Shown: positions 1 through 9,062, numbered from the stretch's first letter. The stretch is DNA of 64,000 nucleotides from a virus (IMGVR_UViG_3300050821_003452:12590-76589); one strand, 5' to 3'. The notes: generated by a model from the letters alone, not told the origin. Made by a program: numbers and translations.

Positions 1-249
1 TCCCTGAAGCCAGTAACGATGCCCCAGAACCAAGAGGTTGATTACCCCAAAGAACATCATGAGGAAGATGATAACGCCGTTCCAGCTACTCCAATCCCGG
101 AACAGAACCACGTTGACATAAGCAAGAATAACAAGCTGGAGACTTGCCAGATACATTCCGGTACGATCAAGCAGCCAAAAATAGGCTGCCTGAAGCGTAT
201 CGATGATCCATTGATCTACTGTAGCGAGCAGCGTGTTGATGCGGGCCAT
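1..249 (-). CDS. Membrane protein, partial (runs off window)
   Basis: Hand-translated MARINTLLATVDQWIIDTLQAAYFWLL...; hydrophobic segments; start overlaps the stop of 249..1349 (TAATG). Confidence 0.6.
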   Translation of the reverse strand, partial: MARINTLLATVDQWIIDTLQAAYFWLLDRTGMYLASLQLVILAYVNVVLFRDWSSWNGVIIFLMMFFGVINLLVLGHRYWLQG

Positions 250-1349
250 TAGGAAGCCTTCTTGACGCGGCCAGTCTTGCCCTTGCCGTAGTATTCCATG
301 CGGCGCAGCACAAGATGACGCGAAGTCTGCTTGTTCTTGTTGATATGATCGATGATATGGCGACGGAGCAATTCACCCGCCGTAGCGCCAGCGCCGGCCA
401 GACGAATAATTGTCGGGTCCTGCATCGGAAAGGACTTCAGCTTGCGCTTCATGTCGCCATCAATAACCAGTTTGTTACCATCCCAGAAATCTTCATGATC
501 AGACAAGATGCCGGCAAACTGGATCAGGAAGTTGCCCTTGGTCTGGGTTGCGCGATCCTGATACTTGATGCCGCGCAAGCCCCAGATTTCATCAACGGCC
601 TCAAACAGCACGTTGATGTTATTCCGGAAGGTCTGAAGACCAACAGCAGCAACCGCGCGATCCATGGTGACAGGAAGATCGCCGCCAGCCGTGATATGAC
701 GGCCACCAGTCGTGGTATGCCTATGAAGGGTCATGCAGATTTTGCCGAATAGGAGCGCAGTGAGAAGCTCCCCACGGTGCATTTGCTGATCCCAGCAGAC
801 CTTGGCGTTAAGAGCAAAGTTGCGGTCATGCATGGTCAGCCCATAAAGCGTGGCCACACTATGATGATGGTTTCGCTTATTGCGAAGGATCACGCTCGGC
901 GCCATGGCCTTGCGCTGAAGATTGAGAACAGTGAAAAGATCGTTCTCGCTGTCTCGCGTAGTAGAGAACCTGACTTCAGCGCCAATGCGGATTGAAGCGG
1001 CCTTGTCGGGAAAGTCAGTCGCGAATTTTCGCAGGGCCGAAATGCGCTGGAGGCCGTCAATAATGTATACATCGTTTTCCAGCAGCATATCATCGCCGCG
1101 TGAGGTATATTTCTCGCCCCGCATGCCCAACATGATATCTGGCAAGCGAGCGCCGGCTTCAACCCCTCTGCGCAGAGAGCTAACCTTGCCTCCACGGTTC
1201 TCCATAATCTCGCGCTGGTAGTCGCCAACGCGAAGGTTCTGAATGGCTTCCATATCAAGCCATCCATGGGCAACAATCTCTCCGTTCTTTTCATCCAGCC
1301 GGGATGACTGGAGACGAACGGAATTCATCTCTCGATCAGACTTGGCCAT
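249..1349 (-). CDS. ParB/Srx-like (DGQHR-type) domain protein
   Basis: YIIDGLQRISAL motif; AGAGGGAA RBS. Confidence 0.6.
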   Translation of the reverse strand: MAKSDREMNSVRLQSSRLDEKNGEIVAHGWLDMEAIQNLRVGDYQREIMENRGGKVSSLRRGVEAGARLPDIMLGMRGEKYTSRGDDMLLENDVYIIDGLQRISALRKFATDFPDKAASIRIGAEVRFSTTRDSENDLFTVLNLQRKAMAPSVILRNKRNHHHSVATLYGLTMHDRNFALNAKVCWDQQMHRGELLTALLFGKICMTLHRHTTTGGRHITAGGDLPVTMDRAVAAVGLQTFRNNINVLFEAVDEIWGLRGIKYQDRATQTKGNFLIQFAGILSDHEDFWDGNKLVIDGDMKRKLKSFPMQDPTIIRLAGAGATAGELLRRHIIDHINKNKQTSRHLVLRRMEYYGKGKTGRVKKAS

Positions 1350-1399
1350 GAATTTCCCTCTTTCGACTATAGTTGCTCTCTATAAACGCCGATTATGGC

Positions 1400-1900
1400 T
1401 TATTTATAGCGATACTCCGTATGAGCATTGTTGCGGATGCTGTGAAGAATTTTGGGCGCCTTGCGCTTCTTGATACCCCGACGCGAATTACGATTGGTCT
1501 TGTCTTTGCCGCCACCATGCTTGCCATGAGGCAACTCTGACTTGGAGAGCGGGTTGATCTTGTAGGAGCCCGGCTCAAAGTTGCCGCCGCGATCAAAGGA
1601 AACAATCTCGGTGCGCAGGGCGCCGGGGGTCTTGCCGCGAAGCCAGTATCTTTCTCCGACTTTAAGAAAGATGCGGCCAATGTGAATGCGAGCCTCGGTA
1701 ATGTGTGGAAGACGCCTTGCAGCCAAAGCCGCCGCACAACTTCCGGGCGCCTTGGTGCTCGCCTTGCGGCAATCCTCGCCGGTAATGTGAAGCATGATCG
1801 GCTTCTTGAGATTACGAACTGGAAGACCCTCGATGCGAGCAAATTCTTGCGACTTGGTAGGCATGGATTTTTTCCTCTTTGGTGAAACTGCCTCACCCAT
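1400..1900 (-). CDS. Hypothetical basic protein
   Basis: 166 aa ORF, divergent from the Cro-like gene. Confidence 0.6.
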   Translation of the reverse strand: MGEAVSPKRKKSMPTKSQEFARIEGLPVRNLKKPIMLHITGEDCRKASTKAPGSCAAALAARRLPHITEARIHIGRIFLKVGERYWLRGKTPGALRTEIVSFDRGGNFEPGSYKINPLSKSELPHGKHGGGKDKTNRNSRRGIKKRKAPKILHSIRNNAHTEYRYK

Positions 1901-1903
1901 TAA

Positions 1904-1937
1904 CCCATCTTGGGATGCATGTCAAGCACAATTTGGG
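1904..1937. promoter_or_regulatory. Two CCCA-N3-TGGG putative operator copies in a divergent promoter region
   Basis: CCCATCTTGGG 1904-1914; CACAATTTGGG 1927-1937 (1 mismatch). Confidence 0.5.
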
Positions 1938-2005
1938 TTGACCTTCAAACTTTTTTCTGTTAAGAGTTTTTTCTGGCAAAAATTCAAACGTCAAGGAAAA
2001 TCGAT

Positions 2006-2200
2006 ATGCGACTTCGCGGTTGGATGGACAAGACCAATATCGATGTTCTGGGCGCCGCTAAGCTCTTTGGTGTATCGGTTCATGCAGTCAAGAAGTGGCT
2101 ACGCGGTGATCGTATCCCAAGAGACAAGATGAAGGCTAAAATCAGCAAGCTTACGAAAGGTGCCGTTTCAGGCAATGATTGGGTTCCAAATGGCGATTGA
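2006..2200 (+). CDS. Cro/XRE-like HTH regulator
   Basis: 64 aa, AAKLFGVSVHAVKKWLRGDRIP helix-turn-helix, TKGAVSGNDW end typical of Cro-like proteins. Confidence 0.8.
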   Translation: MRLRGWMDKTNIDVLGAAKLFGVSVHAVKKWLRGDRIPRDKMKAKISKLTKGAVSGNDWVPNGD

Positions 2201-2657
2201 TAACTGGACAGCAGAAGAGAAGAGCATCTTGATCGAACACTGGGATAGTAACAAATCGGCCCAAGAAATCTCCAATATGCTTGGCACCAAGAGCAGAAAT
2301 GCGGTGATCGGGAAGGCTCACAGATTAGGCCTCGCCTCACGCAAGAAAGCTTCGCCGCCCCGGAACCCAACCAAGGTTCCGAAAGTTGCAAACGATAACA
2401 CCGAACCCAAGATGGCAAAGATCAGGACCATAAAGGCCAAGCCGCCTACCAAGCTCTCGGCAGAGGTTCCTCTTCCGACTGGTCAGCACCCTATTACCAT
2501 CATGGAGCTAACTTCCAACACTTGCCGGGCTATCGTGGGTCGCGGCTCCAATGGACTTGCTACATATTGTGGTGAGGAAGTGTTCCCCGGCAAGGTCTGG
2601 TGTCCCGGCCATTGCGTGCTGTACTTCAATCATGAACCACGGCGGCGCTCGGCATGA
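2190..2657 (+). CDS. gcrA: GcrA cell-cycle regulator homologue
   Basis: NWT..W....SAQEI...LG..SRNAVIGKAHRLGL N-domain; C-terminal IMELTSNTCRAIVG...YCG...WCPGH. Confidence 0.92.
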   Translation: MAIDNWTAEEKSILIEHWDSNKSAQEISNMLGTKSRNAVIGKAHRLGLASRKKASPPRNPTKVPKVANDNTEPKMAKIRTIKAKPPTKLSAEVPLPTGQHPITIMELTSNTCRAIVGRGSNGLATYCGEEVFPGKVWCPGHCVLYFNHEPRRRSA

Positions 2658-2824
2658 GTACCGGGTCGGTCTACGCTAAATATGAGCTTCCGGAACAAAA
2701 TCCGGAAGCTCACTTGATGTACCGGCCTGAGTTTAGTTTGGAGGAAATGGAAGCCGCTAGGCAGCTAATTAGTGCCTTGCGCCAAAGCCCACCTTGCGGA
2801 CCTTCCCGCCCTGACCCTGATTGA
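2654..2824 (+). CDS. 56-aa protein carrying the C-terminal tag (subtype A); absent from ORF track
   Basis: ATGA overlap with gcrA stop; MSTGSVYAKYELPEQNPEAHLMYRPEFSLEEMEAARQLISALRQ... Confidence 0.65.
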   Translation: MSTGSVYAKYELPEQNPEAHLMYRPEFSLEEMEAARQLISALRQSPPCGPSRPDPD

Positions 2825-3893
2825 ATAGGTCGGCAATAGAGTAAGTGCCCTTCTCGATAGGAATAGGCACGCCGGCAACCTTGGCCGCCGCCTGAGCTTC
2901 ATTCAGGTCCAACTCGCGGGTCCTGATCACGCCATAACAGCGCCCCGGCCTTAAAAGCGCTTCGTCCACCCGGCCAAAGTCAGCGGACCCCAGATTGGTA
3001 GTAAACACCAGTTTCTTGTTGGGAAGCTTGATAAGCCCGTCACTGACAGAGAGAAATCTGGCCATCATCTTATTGCCGTCATCCCGCTCGGAAAGGATGG
3101 TATCGGCGTCTTCGATGACCATGATCTCGGAGTTATCGTTAAAGAGAAATCCCTGAAAAACGGCGTCTTTCTCCATGAGTTTTTCGTCATAGATCACATG
3201 GGCAGAAAGCTTATGATCTATGATCAGGTGCCTGAGAAGCGTGGTTTTCCCGGTGCCGGGAGGCCCCGCAAGAAGCAGGACGCTGGCATCGGAAGCCAGA
3301 TATTTATCCATGAAATCATAGGGGTCGCCAAGGTCCGGGTAATATTCCGGATGCAGTTTGGTCTTGTTTGGTGGAAAGTAAATATCGCGGGTTTCGGTGC
3401 CGTGGCGCCCCTCATACCACCATTTGACCTTGGCCATTTTCTCGTTGGCAAAGGCGCTCTCGATCTCCTGCTTGATATCCAGTGCCACGTCTTTCTCGGC
3501 ATAGATATATGCCGTTATATCATGAACATCTTCGTTTTCTTCGCCATGGCGAGAGTTATTGTTGAGGATAACCAAGCGATCCGTACCCTCAATAACCACC
3601 AAGTTTGAATTAGGCATGGACAGGCGAGATTTATCTTCGCCCGCAATAACATGAACCTGATGATAGATATCGAGGGCCGAATTGGCTTTGCGCACCACGA
3701 TCTTTGTGGTTTCTGAATAGATATTAAGCAAGGTGCGCGCGATGAATTGCTGGATGATCTGGTTCTCCAGCGACGTATCAACAACCGTCGCATGCTCCAT
3801 CTGAAACGAATTGGTCTTGTCCATTTTCTTGCCTCTTGCCTTCAGGCTCTTTGCTGCCCTAAAATCATCCCAGTGAGTATTCCAGTGTGACAT
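2769..3893 (-). CDS. AAA+ ATPase (classical clade, BCS1-like)
   Basis: Walker A GPPGTGKT, Walker B MVIEDAD, SRH DEALLRPGR; start may be 3824. Confidence 0.88.
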   Translation of the reverse strand: MSHWNTHWDDFRAAKSLKARGKKMDKTNSFQMEHATVVDTSLENQIIQQFIARTLLNIYSETTKIVVRKANSALDIYHQVHVIAGEDKSRLSMPNSNLVVIEGTDRLVILNNNSRHGEENEDVHDITAYIYAEKDVALDIKQEIESAFANEKMAKVKWWYEGRHGTETRDIYFPPNKTKLHPEYYPDLGDPYDFMDKYLASDASVLLLAGPPGTGKTTLLRHLIIDHKLSAHVIYDEKLMEKDAVFQGFLFNDNSEIMVIEDADTILSERDDGNKMMARFLSVSDGLIKLPNKKLVFTTNLGSADFGRVDEALLRPGRCYGVIRTRELDLNEAQAAAKVAGVPIPIEKGTYSIADLFNQGQGGKVRKVGFGARH

Positions 3894-3926
3894 TTCTAGA
3901 CTGGATCAAATCTTTAGGGCTAATTT

Positions 3927-4286
3927 ATGACTAAGATCACGATGCATCTTCCATTTCCTCCAAGCACAAATTCATTGTGGCGTTCAAGCAGAGGGCGCGT
4001 TCATCTTAGCGCTAAGTATAAAGCATGGTTGAATACAGCCGGCTACGAATGGATCGCACAAAAGAAACATCAGCCTAATGGAATATCCGGGCATTTCAAA
4101 GCCATTTTAATACTTAACGAAGATATGCGCAGTAGAAAAGATTGCGATAACCACGCGAAAGCGCCTCTTGACCTTGCCAAACAGCACGGATTGATCGTGG
4201 ATGACAAACTTTGCGATGCAATTCTTATCAAGTGGGGCTCGCCAAAGAAAGCTCCATTAGGGGCCAGACTTGTTCTTAAGGGTTGA
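3927..4286 (+). CDS. rusA: RusA-like Holliday junction resolvase
   Basis: LPFPPSTNSLWR, RKDCDNHAKAPLD, IVDD motifs. Confidence 0.88.
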   Translation: MTKITMHLPFPPSTNSLWRSSRGRVHLSAKYKAWLNTAGYEWIAQKKHQPNGISGHFKAILILNEDMRSRKDCDNHAKAPLDLAKQHGLIVDDKLCDAILIKWGSPKKAPLGARLVLKG

Positions 4287-4559
4287 ATAGATTTCTTGCT
4301 CGAATAGAATATTCTCCAATTCTGTTTTTGGCTCTTTATCTTTCGGTAAATATTCAAAAGTGTCCGAAAGATAATCCCCGTCCATTTGCCCGGCCCGAAA
4401 TTCATTATCATCCCATTTAACATGAACCAGCCAATCCTTCATATACTCCGACCAATAAGTTTGTTTTGTAATTATGGCTATGGCTCCAGCCCTTGCCGCC
4501 ATCCCGCCCCGATCTACAGGCATGAAAACCCTATCACCCATTTCAAATATTTTCTTCAT
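4257..4559 (-). CDS. Small SH3/KOW-like protein with degenerate C-terminal tag
   Basis: FEMGDRV start; ends TELENILFEQEIYSTL. Confidence 0.7.
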   Translation of the reverse strand: MKKIFEMGDRVFMPVDRGGMAARAGAIAIITKQTYWSEYMKDWLVHVKWDDNEFRAGQMDGDYLSDTFEYLPKDKEPKTELENILFEQEIYSTLKNKSGP

Positions 4560-4891
4560 GACATACCCTCCAGTATTTCCATAGCCTGCATGGTTTCGTT
4601 ATATTCTTCATTTCCTACTTCTATCGGGGACGGTTCTTTGAATAATTCCACAAAATCTTGCCAATACTCGTTTTTATACTTTTTATCGGCCCATTCTACA
4701 GATGTAGCCCAATAAGTTGGCGGCTCATTCGGTACGGCGAACGGACCTACACTATGGCCCTTGCGACTAACATTTTCAGGGCGCCATTTTCGATTGGCGG
4801 TAACAATTCCAATGCCTTCGCGCTGGAGTTTATTTTGGGTATTATATACCCTGACCCTATCACCGATCTTGAATTTTGGTTCGTCGCTCAT
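4556..4891 (-). CDS. Small SH3/KOW-like protein with C-terminal tag (B)
   Basis: FKIGDRVRV start; ends GNEEYNETMQAMEILEGMS. Confidence 0.8.
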   Translation of the reverse strand: MSDEPKFKIGDRVRVYNTQNKLQREGIGIVTANRKWRPENVSRKGHSVGPFAVPNEPPTYWATSVEWADKKYKNEYWQDFVELFKEPSPIEVGNEEYNETMQAMEILEGMS

Positions 4892-4896
4892 GGTTG

Positions 4897-5141
4897 CCCA
4901 TTATGGGTATAATCTTGTTGGTTTCAAGGCATTGACACACAAGCTGTAGAGGCTTGCCAGCAAGATCAGGATGTGATTGGATTTGGACTTCCGGGCCAAT
5001 TGCCCGGTCCCCCCAAGAGGGAAAATAAAGGGGACCGGGCTTGAGGCTCAACACTAGTGCAGGAGCTTGCACCAATGGAACACGTCTGTTTTATAGACGC
5101 TATCTATAACAATATCAAGACCGGCATGGTTCCAATTTGGG
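4897..5141. promoter_or_regulatory. Divergent promoter region with CCCA-N3-TGGG copies
   Basis: CCCATTATGGG 4897-4907 followed by TATAAT; TCCAATTTGGG 5131-5141. Confidence 0.5.
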
Positions 5142-5148
5142 ACCGGCC

Positions 5149-5817
5149 ATGACATCCACCGAAACTCTCATTCAAGAACTGGTTAATCTTGGGTGCCCCG
5201 CAGCACGGGCCTTCACCCTTGTCAGTGAGGCTAGAACGCAATGGGCCGCTGAACCAAAACAGCGCTCCCGGCACTCCCTCGCCCAGTCGAAATATTATTT
5301 CAAGCGGAAGGCTAAACGATCATCCGATGATCATCCGATGATCAGTGATGATCATCATGATCACTCAAAAGAAAGTCTCCATACCTCTAAAGAAAACATA
5401 GGTTATACATATTCTGTTAACTCACTACGTTCGTTAACAGCACCGGAAGACGGTTGCGATCTGTTCAAAAAAGGTCTCCCGCTTCTATCTCAACTCACTG
5501 GAAACAAAAGCCATTCTTCATTGCGTTCACTGCTTGGGCGCTGGGTAAAGATGGTCGATGGCGATCATGTTCATGTTCTCGCCGCCATCGAAGACGCCGC
5601 CCGGGAACAGCCCATCGATCCAAGGGGCTGGATATTTGGCCGGCTCAACCAAATCGTTCGGGAACGCAATAAAAACAGGCCAGAAAGCTACCAGAAAAAG
5701 GAAAGCAACCATGCCGTTCTTGCCGCTGTCGGAGCCAAAATCAGAGCCCTCTACCCCGAAGACCAACCCCAAGACGGCCCACCACTGGCTAACGCAGCTT
5801 TTCGGCTTATTCCCTGA
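5149..5817 (+). CDS. Putative replication initiator (lambda O-like organisation)
   Basis: Internal iteron-like repeats; C-terminal SLLGRW...IDPRGWI domain; context with Cro and RusA. Confidence 0.55.
   Translation: MTSTETLIQELVNLGCPAARAFTLVSEARTQWAAEPKQRSRHSLAQSKYYFKRKAKRSSDDHPMISDDHHDHSKESLHTSKENIGYTYSVNSLRSLTAPEDGCDLFKKGLPLLSQLTGNKSHSSLRSLLGRWVKMVDGDHVHVLAAIEDAAREQPIDPRGWIFGRLNQIVRERNKNRPESYQKKESNHAVLAAVGAKIRALYPEDQPQDGPPLANAAFRLIP
5318..5364. repeat. GATGATCA-based tandem repeats, candidate replication origin iterons
   Basis: gatcatccgat gatcatccgat gatcagtgat gatcatcat gatcac. Confidence 0.6.
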
Positions 5818-6310
5818 TACGGCGAACCTAAAATCTGAAATGGTTCAAGCCATGGTATTGATATTTTCTCAATATCCAGAAAGCACGCTCAAGGTTATTG
5901 TTAATCCTCTGGAAGGCCTCCCTTCTAAATTCAAGTTCTTGCCCGGCGTCATGGAATTTGGGGCGGCCTGCGCGGAAATCTCTGCTGCGGTTGAGTTGCA
6001 AAAGCAGAGAATTGCCGACCATGAACGAAAGGTTTATTACCAAGCCCTGCCGGCCCCTGAGAGGCCCGCTGAGAAGGGTTGCTATGAGGGGCCTATCGAA
6101 CTGGTCAAACCCGGGGATATCCTCTCATGGGAGCGCCATGCTGAATACAGGGCCTATATGGAAGCCAAACATGGTTTTGACCCCGGGCGGGCAGTAGACC
6201 CCAAGAACTGGATGGATAGCGGTAGGCGCCCATTCGATACACTATCTGGCAAGCACAGTGCTAACCAAAATCAATCTACGGAAGAACCTAACCCCTTTGA
6301 TATTTCCTAA
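5711..6310 (+). CDS. Hypothetical protein, possible replication partner
   Basis: Overlaps the initiator-like gene; GGAAAG before ATG; acidic NPF C-terminus. Confidence 0.55.
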   Translation: MPFLPLSEPKSEPSTPKTNPKTAHHWLTQLFGLFPDTANLKSEMVQAMVLIFSQYPESTLKVIVNPLEGLPSKFKFLPGVMEFGAACAEISAAVELQKQRIADHERKVYYQALPAPERPAEKGCYEGPIELVKPGDILSWERHAEYRAYMEAKHGFDPGRAVDPKNWMDSGRRPFDTLSGKHSANQNQSTEEPNPFDIS

Positions 6311-6315
6311 TAATC

Positions 6316-6591
6316 CTATCCCTCGATAAGCTGCCTTCCTAGTTCGATTTCCTCTAATGAGAAATCTGGCTCGACCATAGGATAGTCATTTTTTTCTGGA
6401 ATAAGATCGTCTTCTGCATACCAAATTCTATCGATTGGAGGGGACATACCATCCCGGTTAACCAAAAAAATATCAGTACTGTCTTTTCTCTCTATTTTTT
6501 CAGTAATCTTGCCATGAATTTCATAATGCGGGGCATTGGAGTTATCTTCATATTCCCGCGTAACAATGACAACACGATCTCCCACCTTCAT
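6316..6591 (-). CDS. Small SH3/KOW-like protein with C-terminal tag (A)
   Basis: MKVGDRVVI; ends EPDFSLEEIELGRQLIEG. Confidence 0.8.
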   Translation of the reverse strand: MKVGDRVVIVTREYEDNSNAPHYEIHGKITEKIERKDSTDIFLVNRDGMSPPIDRIWYAEDDLIPEKNDYPMVEPDFSLEEIELGRQLIEG

Positions 6592-6965
6592 GTCATGTCC
6601 TCCATGATTTTCTGGGCTTGTTCTATTTCCGACAACTCAAAAGTATTGCCGGCGTTATTAGTATTTGTAACCATCTTTTTACGCTTGCGATAAAACGTGG
6701 ATTTATGCATCCATGTTTCTGGTGTAAGGTCCCTTCCTGCGCCACTCATTTCAAGGCAATACAATGGGCCTTTCTGATAAAGGTCAAAAGGGTCAGAAGT
6801 GTCAAATCTGCCATATTTGTTTCGGCGTAACATCGCATAGTGCCCAAGATAATGGTCATTATGAAACTCTGGCACCCAGATATCATTGGCCTTATACAAT
6901 GCCTTTATGAGCTTTATATCTCTCGGCAAAAATGGCCGGACGTGGTATTCTACTTTGTCAGACAC
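6588..6965 (-). CDS. Hypothetical protein with C-terminal tag (A)
   Basis: Ends NTFELSEIEQAQKIMEDMT. Confidence 0.75.
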   Translation of the reverse strand: MSDKVEYHVRPFLPRDIKLIKALYKANDIWVPEFHNDHYLGHYAMLRRNKYGRFDTSDPFDLYQKGPLYCLEMSGAGRDLTPETWMHKSTFYRKRKKMVTNTNNAGNTFELSEIEQAQKIMEDMT

Positions 6966-7269
6966 CTTGCATTTCCTTTATGTAGAATTCTGCTAATTCC
7001 ATATCGTCCAAGTCGAAGTCCGTTTCCATGACTTGCTGATAAGCCAGAGGCTCAACATGGGCCTCGCGAAACCAGAATTTGGGATACTCTCTTCTTCCTA
7101 CGATTACCGGATTGTCGAATTCAACCTGAAAATCATATCCAGCCGACGCTATAGCCCTGACAGTGCCGAATGGCTCTTTAGTGAAGAGCATAGGCAGATT
7201 ACCATCGCCATTCGCAGTAGGAACGGTTCTGATCAGAATTCTAACCCTATCACCTTCTTTGTAGGTCAT
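6958..7269 (-). CDS. Small SH3/KOW-like protein with C-terminal tag (A)
   Basis: YKEGDRVRI; ends ETDFDLDDMELAEFYIKEMQGV. Confidence 0.8.
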   Translation of the reverse strand: MTYKEGDRVRILIRTVPTANGDGNLPMLFTKEPFGTVRAIASAGYDFQVEFDNPVIVGRREYPKFWFREAHVEPLAYQQVMETDFDLDDMELAEFYIKEMQGV

Positions 7270-7604
7270 GACAAATCCTCCAGTATCTTGCTGCCGGCCT
7301 CGATTTCATCTAGTGTAAAATCCGGCTGGAGCATTTCAAAGCGTTCTGGTTCAATGTGTTCGAACCCGTACCACCATTCTGATCGGTTCCCATCGTGCTT
7401 AAAAGAAATCAGCAAATCATAGTCAGTGGCATGAGTTTGGTTGGCGCTTAAATCCTCAATAACCCCTATTTGTCCCTTGATGGGACTGTAGCGTTTATCA
7501 TGTGGGCCTCTTCTGTAAGGTTCCCTTCGGCTATCTCTTAATGGGACATAATCGATAAGAAACCTAATCCTGTCGCCTATTGCGAATTTTTGTTTGGGTC
7601 CCAT
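7266..7604 (-). CDS. Small SH3/KOW-like protein with C-terminal tag (A)
   Basis: FAIGDRIRF; ends QPDFTLDEIEAGSKILEDLS. Confidence 0.8.
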   Translation of the reverse strand: MGPKQKFAIGDRIRFLIDYVPLRDSRREPYRRGPHDKRYSPIKGQIGVIEDLSANQTHATDYDLLISFKHDGNRSEWWYGFEHIEPERFEMLQPDFTLDEIEAGSKILEDLS

Positions 7605-7822
7605 GCCGGCACCTTTGGTTTATCATTCATAAGCATTTCCTGAAGGCGCTCGTTTTCGAGTTGAGTATCCTCAAGGGTTTCTTCTAGGCTTGCCAGACAT
7701 TGCAGAACAGCGTTAGTTAGTTGCGCCATCGCACTACTCGCATGAAGCGGGTTGGCAAACTGGTCCGGAGTTTTCGGAAGCTTGTCGATTAGCTCTCTAA
7801 ATTTTTCAGTGTAGACGCCCAT
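7577..7822 (-). CDS. Hypothetical coiled-coil protein
   Basis: 81 aa, GGAGAAG RBS, in operon. Confidence 0.6.
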   Translation of the reverse strand: MGVYTEKFRELIDKLPKTPDQFANPLHASSAMAQLTNAVLQCLASLEETLEDTQLENERLQEMLMNDKPKVPAWDPNKNSQ

Positions 7823-8045
7823 ATTTCTTCTCCTGCGATGACAGTCTCATATTCTTCTGCGCCGTTATTCATGACTTGCTTATTATATGGAAGCGCATCA
7901 AGGCCCGCTCTCAGGATTTTACCAATGTTGGCATTTGCCGTATTGCCGCCGTTTTATCGAAATACTCCGACACCCATATCTGGTCGTCTCCAGAAAGGTT
8001 CTGGTATTCGTTATGGGCCCGATCCCAAAGCTGCCTATCAACCAT
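7789..8045 (-). pseudogene. Frameshifted tagged gene (B)
   Basis: MVDRQLWDRAH...EYFDK, then -1 frame NGGNTANANIGKILRAG...GAEEYETVIAGEEIWASTLKNLES; break at the T-run 7952-7955. Confidence 0.6.
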
Positions 8046-8283
8046 TCATGATCTCCTGCGCTGTTATGGCCTCTTCGTACTCTTGGGCCGCGACTGTCAT
8101 AGGGGTGGGGACCAAATCCGGCATACGCCAATAAATGGCTTCCAATAGTGCCTGCCCATCATAGAGCGGGACCCTGTTTATTTTGTAGCGTCCGATGATA
8201 GTAGCGCGTTCAGCGGTCCCCTCAGGGGCCACTTTGTTCAAAAGGTTGACTATTTCAACCCACTTTGCGGTATGTATGGCCAT
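8038..8283 (-). CDS. Hypothetical protein with C-terminal tag (B)
   Basis: Ends TPMTVAAQEYEEAITAQEIMNG. Confidence 0.75.
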   Translation of the reverse strand: MAIHTAKWVEIVNLLNKVAPEGTAERATIIGRYKINRVPLYDGQALLEAIYWRMPDLVPTPMTVAAQEYEEAITAQEIMNG

Positions 8284-8308
8284 ATGCTATGATCCTCTTA
8301 TGTTGGTC

Positions 8309-8326
8309 TTTACACCCAAACTGGGG
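8309..8326. promoter_or_regulatory. Putative operator TTTACACCCAAACTGGGG
   Basis: 17/18 identical to 9686-9703; contains CCCA-N3-TGGG. Confidence 0.55.
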
Positions 8327-8330
8327 CTAA

Positions 8331-8798
8331 ATGATGGTTACTAATTCTGTGCTGCGCGATCCCAAGAGAGAACTCTTTGCGCAAAAAGTTTCTGCCGGCG
8401 TTCCCAAGGAACAGGCTTACCAAGAAGCGGGCTACCTTGGAAAATCAAAAATGGGCAGTTCTCGTCTTATGAATATCCCTGCCGTGCGAGCCCGCATCAA
8501 CGAAATCATGGATGCTGGCGCCAAGCGTTCTGAGCTAACCAGAAAGGGTATTCTGGAGAGAATATTCGAAGACTGGGAGACCGCACGTAAACTCGGCCAG
8601 ATACCTGCTGCGCTCAAAGCCGGGGAATTATTGGGTCGCGAGATGTTCCGGATGTTTACCGAACGAAAAGAAATTGGTGGCCCGGGGGATTTCGATCAGA
8701 AGTCTGAGGAAGAGCTTCGTCAGATCGTTACAGAGGAACTAAAACAACTGGGCTGGGAAGACCTATCAACCCAACCTCCCTCAGATACCGTCAATTAG
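8331..8798 (+). CDS. terS: Terminase small subunit
   Basis: KRELFAQ....G...QAYQEAGY......SRLM..PAVRARINE, AALKAGELLG...MFTERKE. Confidence 0.8.
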   Translation: MMVTNSVLRDPKRELFAQKVSAGVPKEQAYQEAGYLGKSKMGSSRLMNIPAVRARINEIMDAGAKRSELTRKGILERIFEDWETARKLGQIPAALKAGELLGREMFRMFTERKEIGGPGDFDQKSEEELRQIVTEELKQLGWEDLSTQPPSDTVN

Positions 8799-9062
8799 CT
8801 CTTGCGCTTCGTGGATTTCATCTAGCGTGAAATCAGGTTCAGGTGGCTTTAGTTTGATTATCTCCAGGTCTTCCTCTGGATAAATAAATCCATCATGATG
8901 GGGGTGTATCTCTTCCACATGCGGCCAAATAACGCGACGCCAAGTTCTTTTACTGTTGTTTGGCTTGGTGTCTAATGCCGTTATTCTTCCAGTTTCTCCC
9001 TTGGATTGGTGCAACCAGTGACTTAGATTACCTTTGATTTTTACCAGATCACCTATTTTCAT
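8781..9062 (-). CDS. Small SH3/KOW-like protein with C-terminal tag (A)
   Basis: MKIGDLVKI after GGAGGG RBS; ends EPDFTLDEIHEAQELIDGI. Confidence 0.8.
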   Translation of the reverse strand: MKIGDLVKIKGNLSHWLHQSKGETGRITALDTKPNNSKRTWRRVIWPHVEEIHPHHDGFIYPEEDLEIIKLKPPEPDFTLDEIHEAQELIDGI

